Origin: Lama glama
Lineage: Eukaryota
NCBI GenBank assembly: GCA_028534125.1
Contig: CM052817.1
Coordinates: 51,772,001 to 51,836,000, forward strand
Direction of reading: 5' to 3'
DNA length: 64,000 nucleotides
Under the pieces are notes generated by a model. It made no database searches. It was not told the DNA's origin and saw only the letters and a program-made list of their open reading frames with translations. Shown piece by piece: positions 63,200-64,000 of the stretch. Positions within the stretch are counted from its first letter, which is position 1. Every line of letters begins with the position of its first letter. The position numbers and the translations under genes are program-made.

Positions 63200-63900
63200 A
63201 GTGTTTGCAAATAATATTTGCTAGGTACTATTTATACATAGGGTATTTTACTAATCACTGAGAGGATATGTAAATGAAAAAAAGATTACCTCCGAAAATC
63301 CCATTTAGGCGCTTTCACCAAGGAACAGAGATGAGAAACATGATTAAGTTAAGTGGAAAAACCATAAAACTACATGCAATTAAGTAATCAAATGCATAGG
63401 AAAGAAAATAAATTCTATAGGATTATAATTGTGACTGAAGAATTTGGATACAGGATGATACAGAAAGTGAGAATTTAGATTGTCTTTGAGAAAATATGCT
63501 GCTTTATTATAGATAACGGAAGAAGAAAGGCCTCCCAAACCTGGAGAACATTTTTTGTTTGTTTTGTTAGGAGAGATGAATAAGAGCTAAAAAAAGTTAG
63601 GCTGAAGAAGTAGATTCGGCTTGGGAAAAACAGGCTTTATTGTTGTCTTCCTAGAGTCAGGATAGAGTTTGGAAATTTTTAGAAGGGGGCTGGAAGTGTC
63701 AGGTAGTAAATAATAGATAAACTGAAACATCAAAAGTTTAAAATAGAAAGCAAACTTTTTGTTCTTAATTTTAAGAGTTTATCTTGCAGCAGTTTATATA
63801 TGCATTGGGCAACCATGGGAGGACTCTTAAGTCAGTAAAAGTTTTAAAACAGAAGAAAATTGGATTTTTTTTTGGAGAAAATTGGTATTTTAAGACAAAA
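63200..63900 (-). mobile_element. Degenerate L2
   Basis: Purine-rich L2 antisense pattern, e.g. gggcaaccatgggaggactcttaagtcag. Confidence 0.55.
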
Positions 63901-64000
63901 TCATTAAAGCACAAAATGCTGAGGTTATAAATAGTTCTTTGCTAAATTAAAATAAGTAAGAATAAATAGATATATAAATAGAAAGACACAAGGGTGATGT

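Noticed and set aside
1..64000. A novel multi-gene system, CRISPR array or horizontally acquired island
   Set aside because: No long ORFs, no repeat-spacer array and no compositional island. The content is explained by ordinary mammalian repeats plus unique non-coding DNA.

Overview
This is AT-rich, CpG-depleted mammalian genomic DNA. It is most likely from a camelid (camel/llama/alpaca), based on two tRNA-Ala-derived SINEs of the camelid Vic-1 type and young L1 3'-end stubs. I recognise no protein-coding gene, RNA gene, CRISPR array or prokaryotic system, and the ORFs in the track are short and mostly fall in repeats or random sequence. The window opens with about 2.2 kb of repeat-free, 3'UTR-like sequence ending in a good + strand poly(A) site (AATAAA 2138-2143). 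The rest is a fossil record of transposable elements: MIR, L2, CR1/L3, old L1/HAL1, hAT and Tigger DNA transposons, a decayed LTR16-flanked ERVL provirus with pol/dUTPase remnants, and about 13 solo or partial LTRs. A few repeat-poor islands are interspersed. I found no convincing novel biological system. The best leads are (i) a two-exon + strand module (19079-19145 joined to 19961-~20535) that would give the upstream gene an alternative C-terminus ending in the class I PDZ ligand VSCV; (ii) a candidate spliced antisense transcript overlapping the 3'UTR; (iii) a homeodomain/MEIS-motif-rich repeat-free island at about 48.4-49.4 kb; (iv) two template-switch-like hairpins inside one MLT1 LTR; and (v) a young LTR with an internal 51-bp duplication and no TSD. 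Repeat family names come from my recollection of consensus sequences, not from a search. Boundaries without TSDs are approximate.
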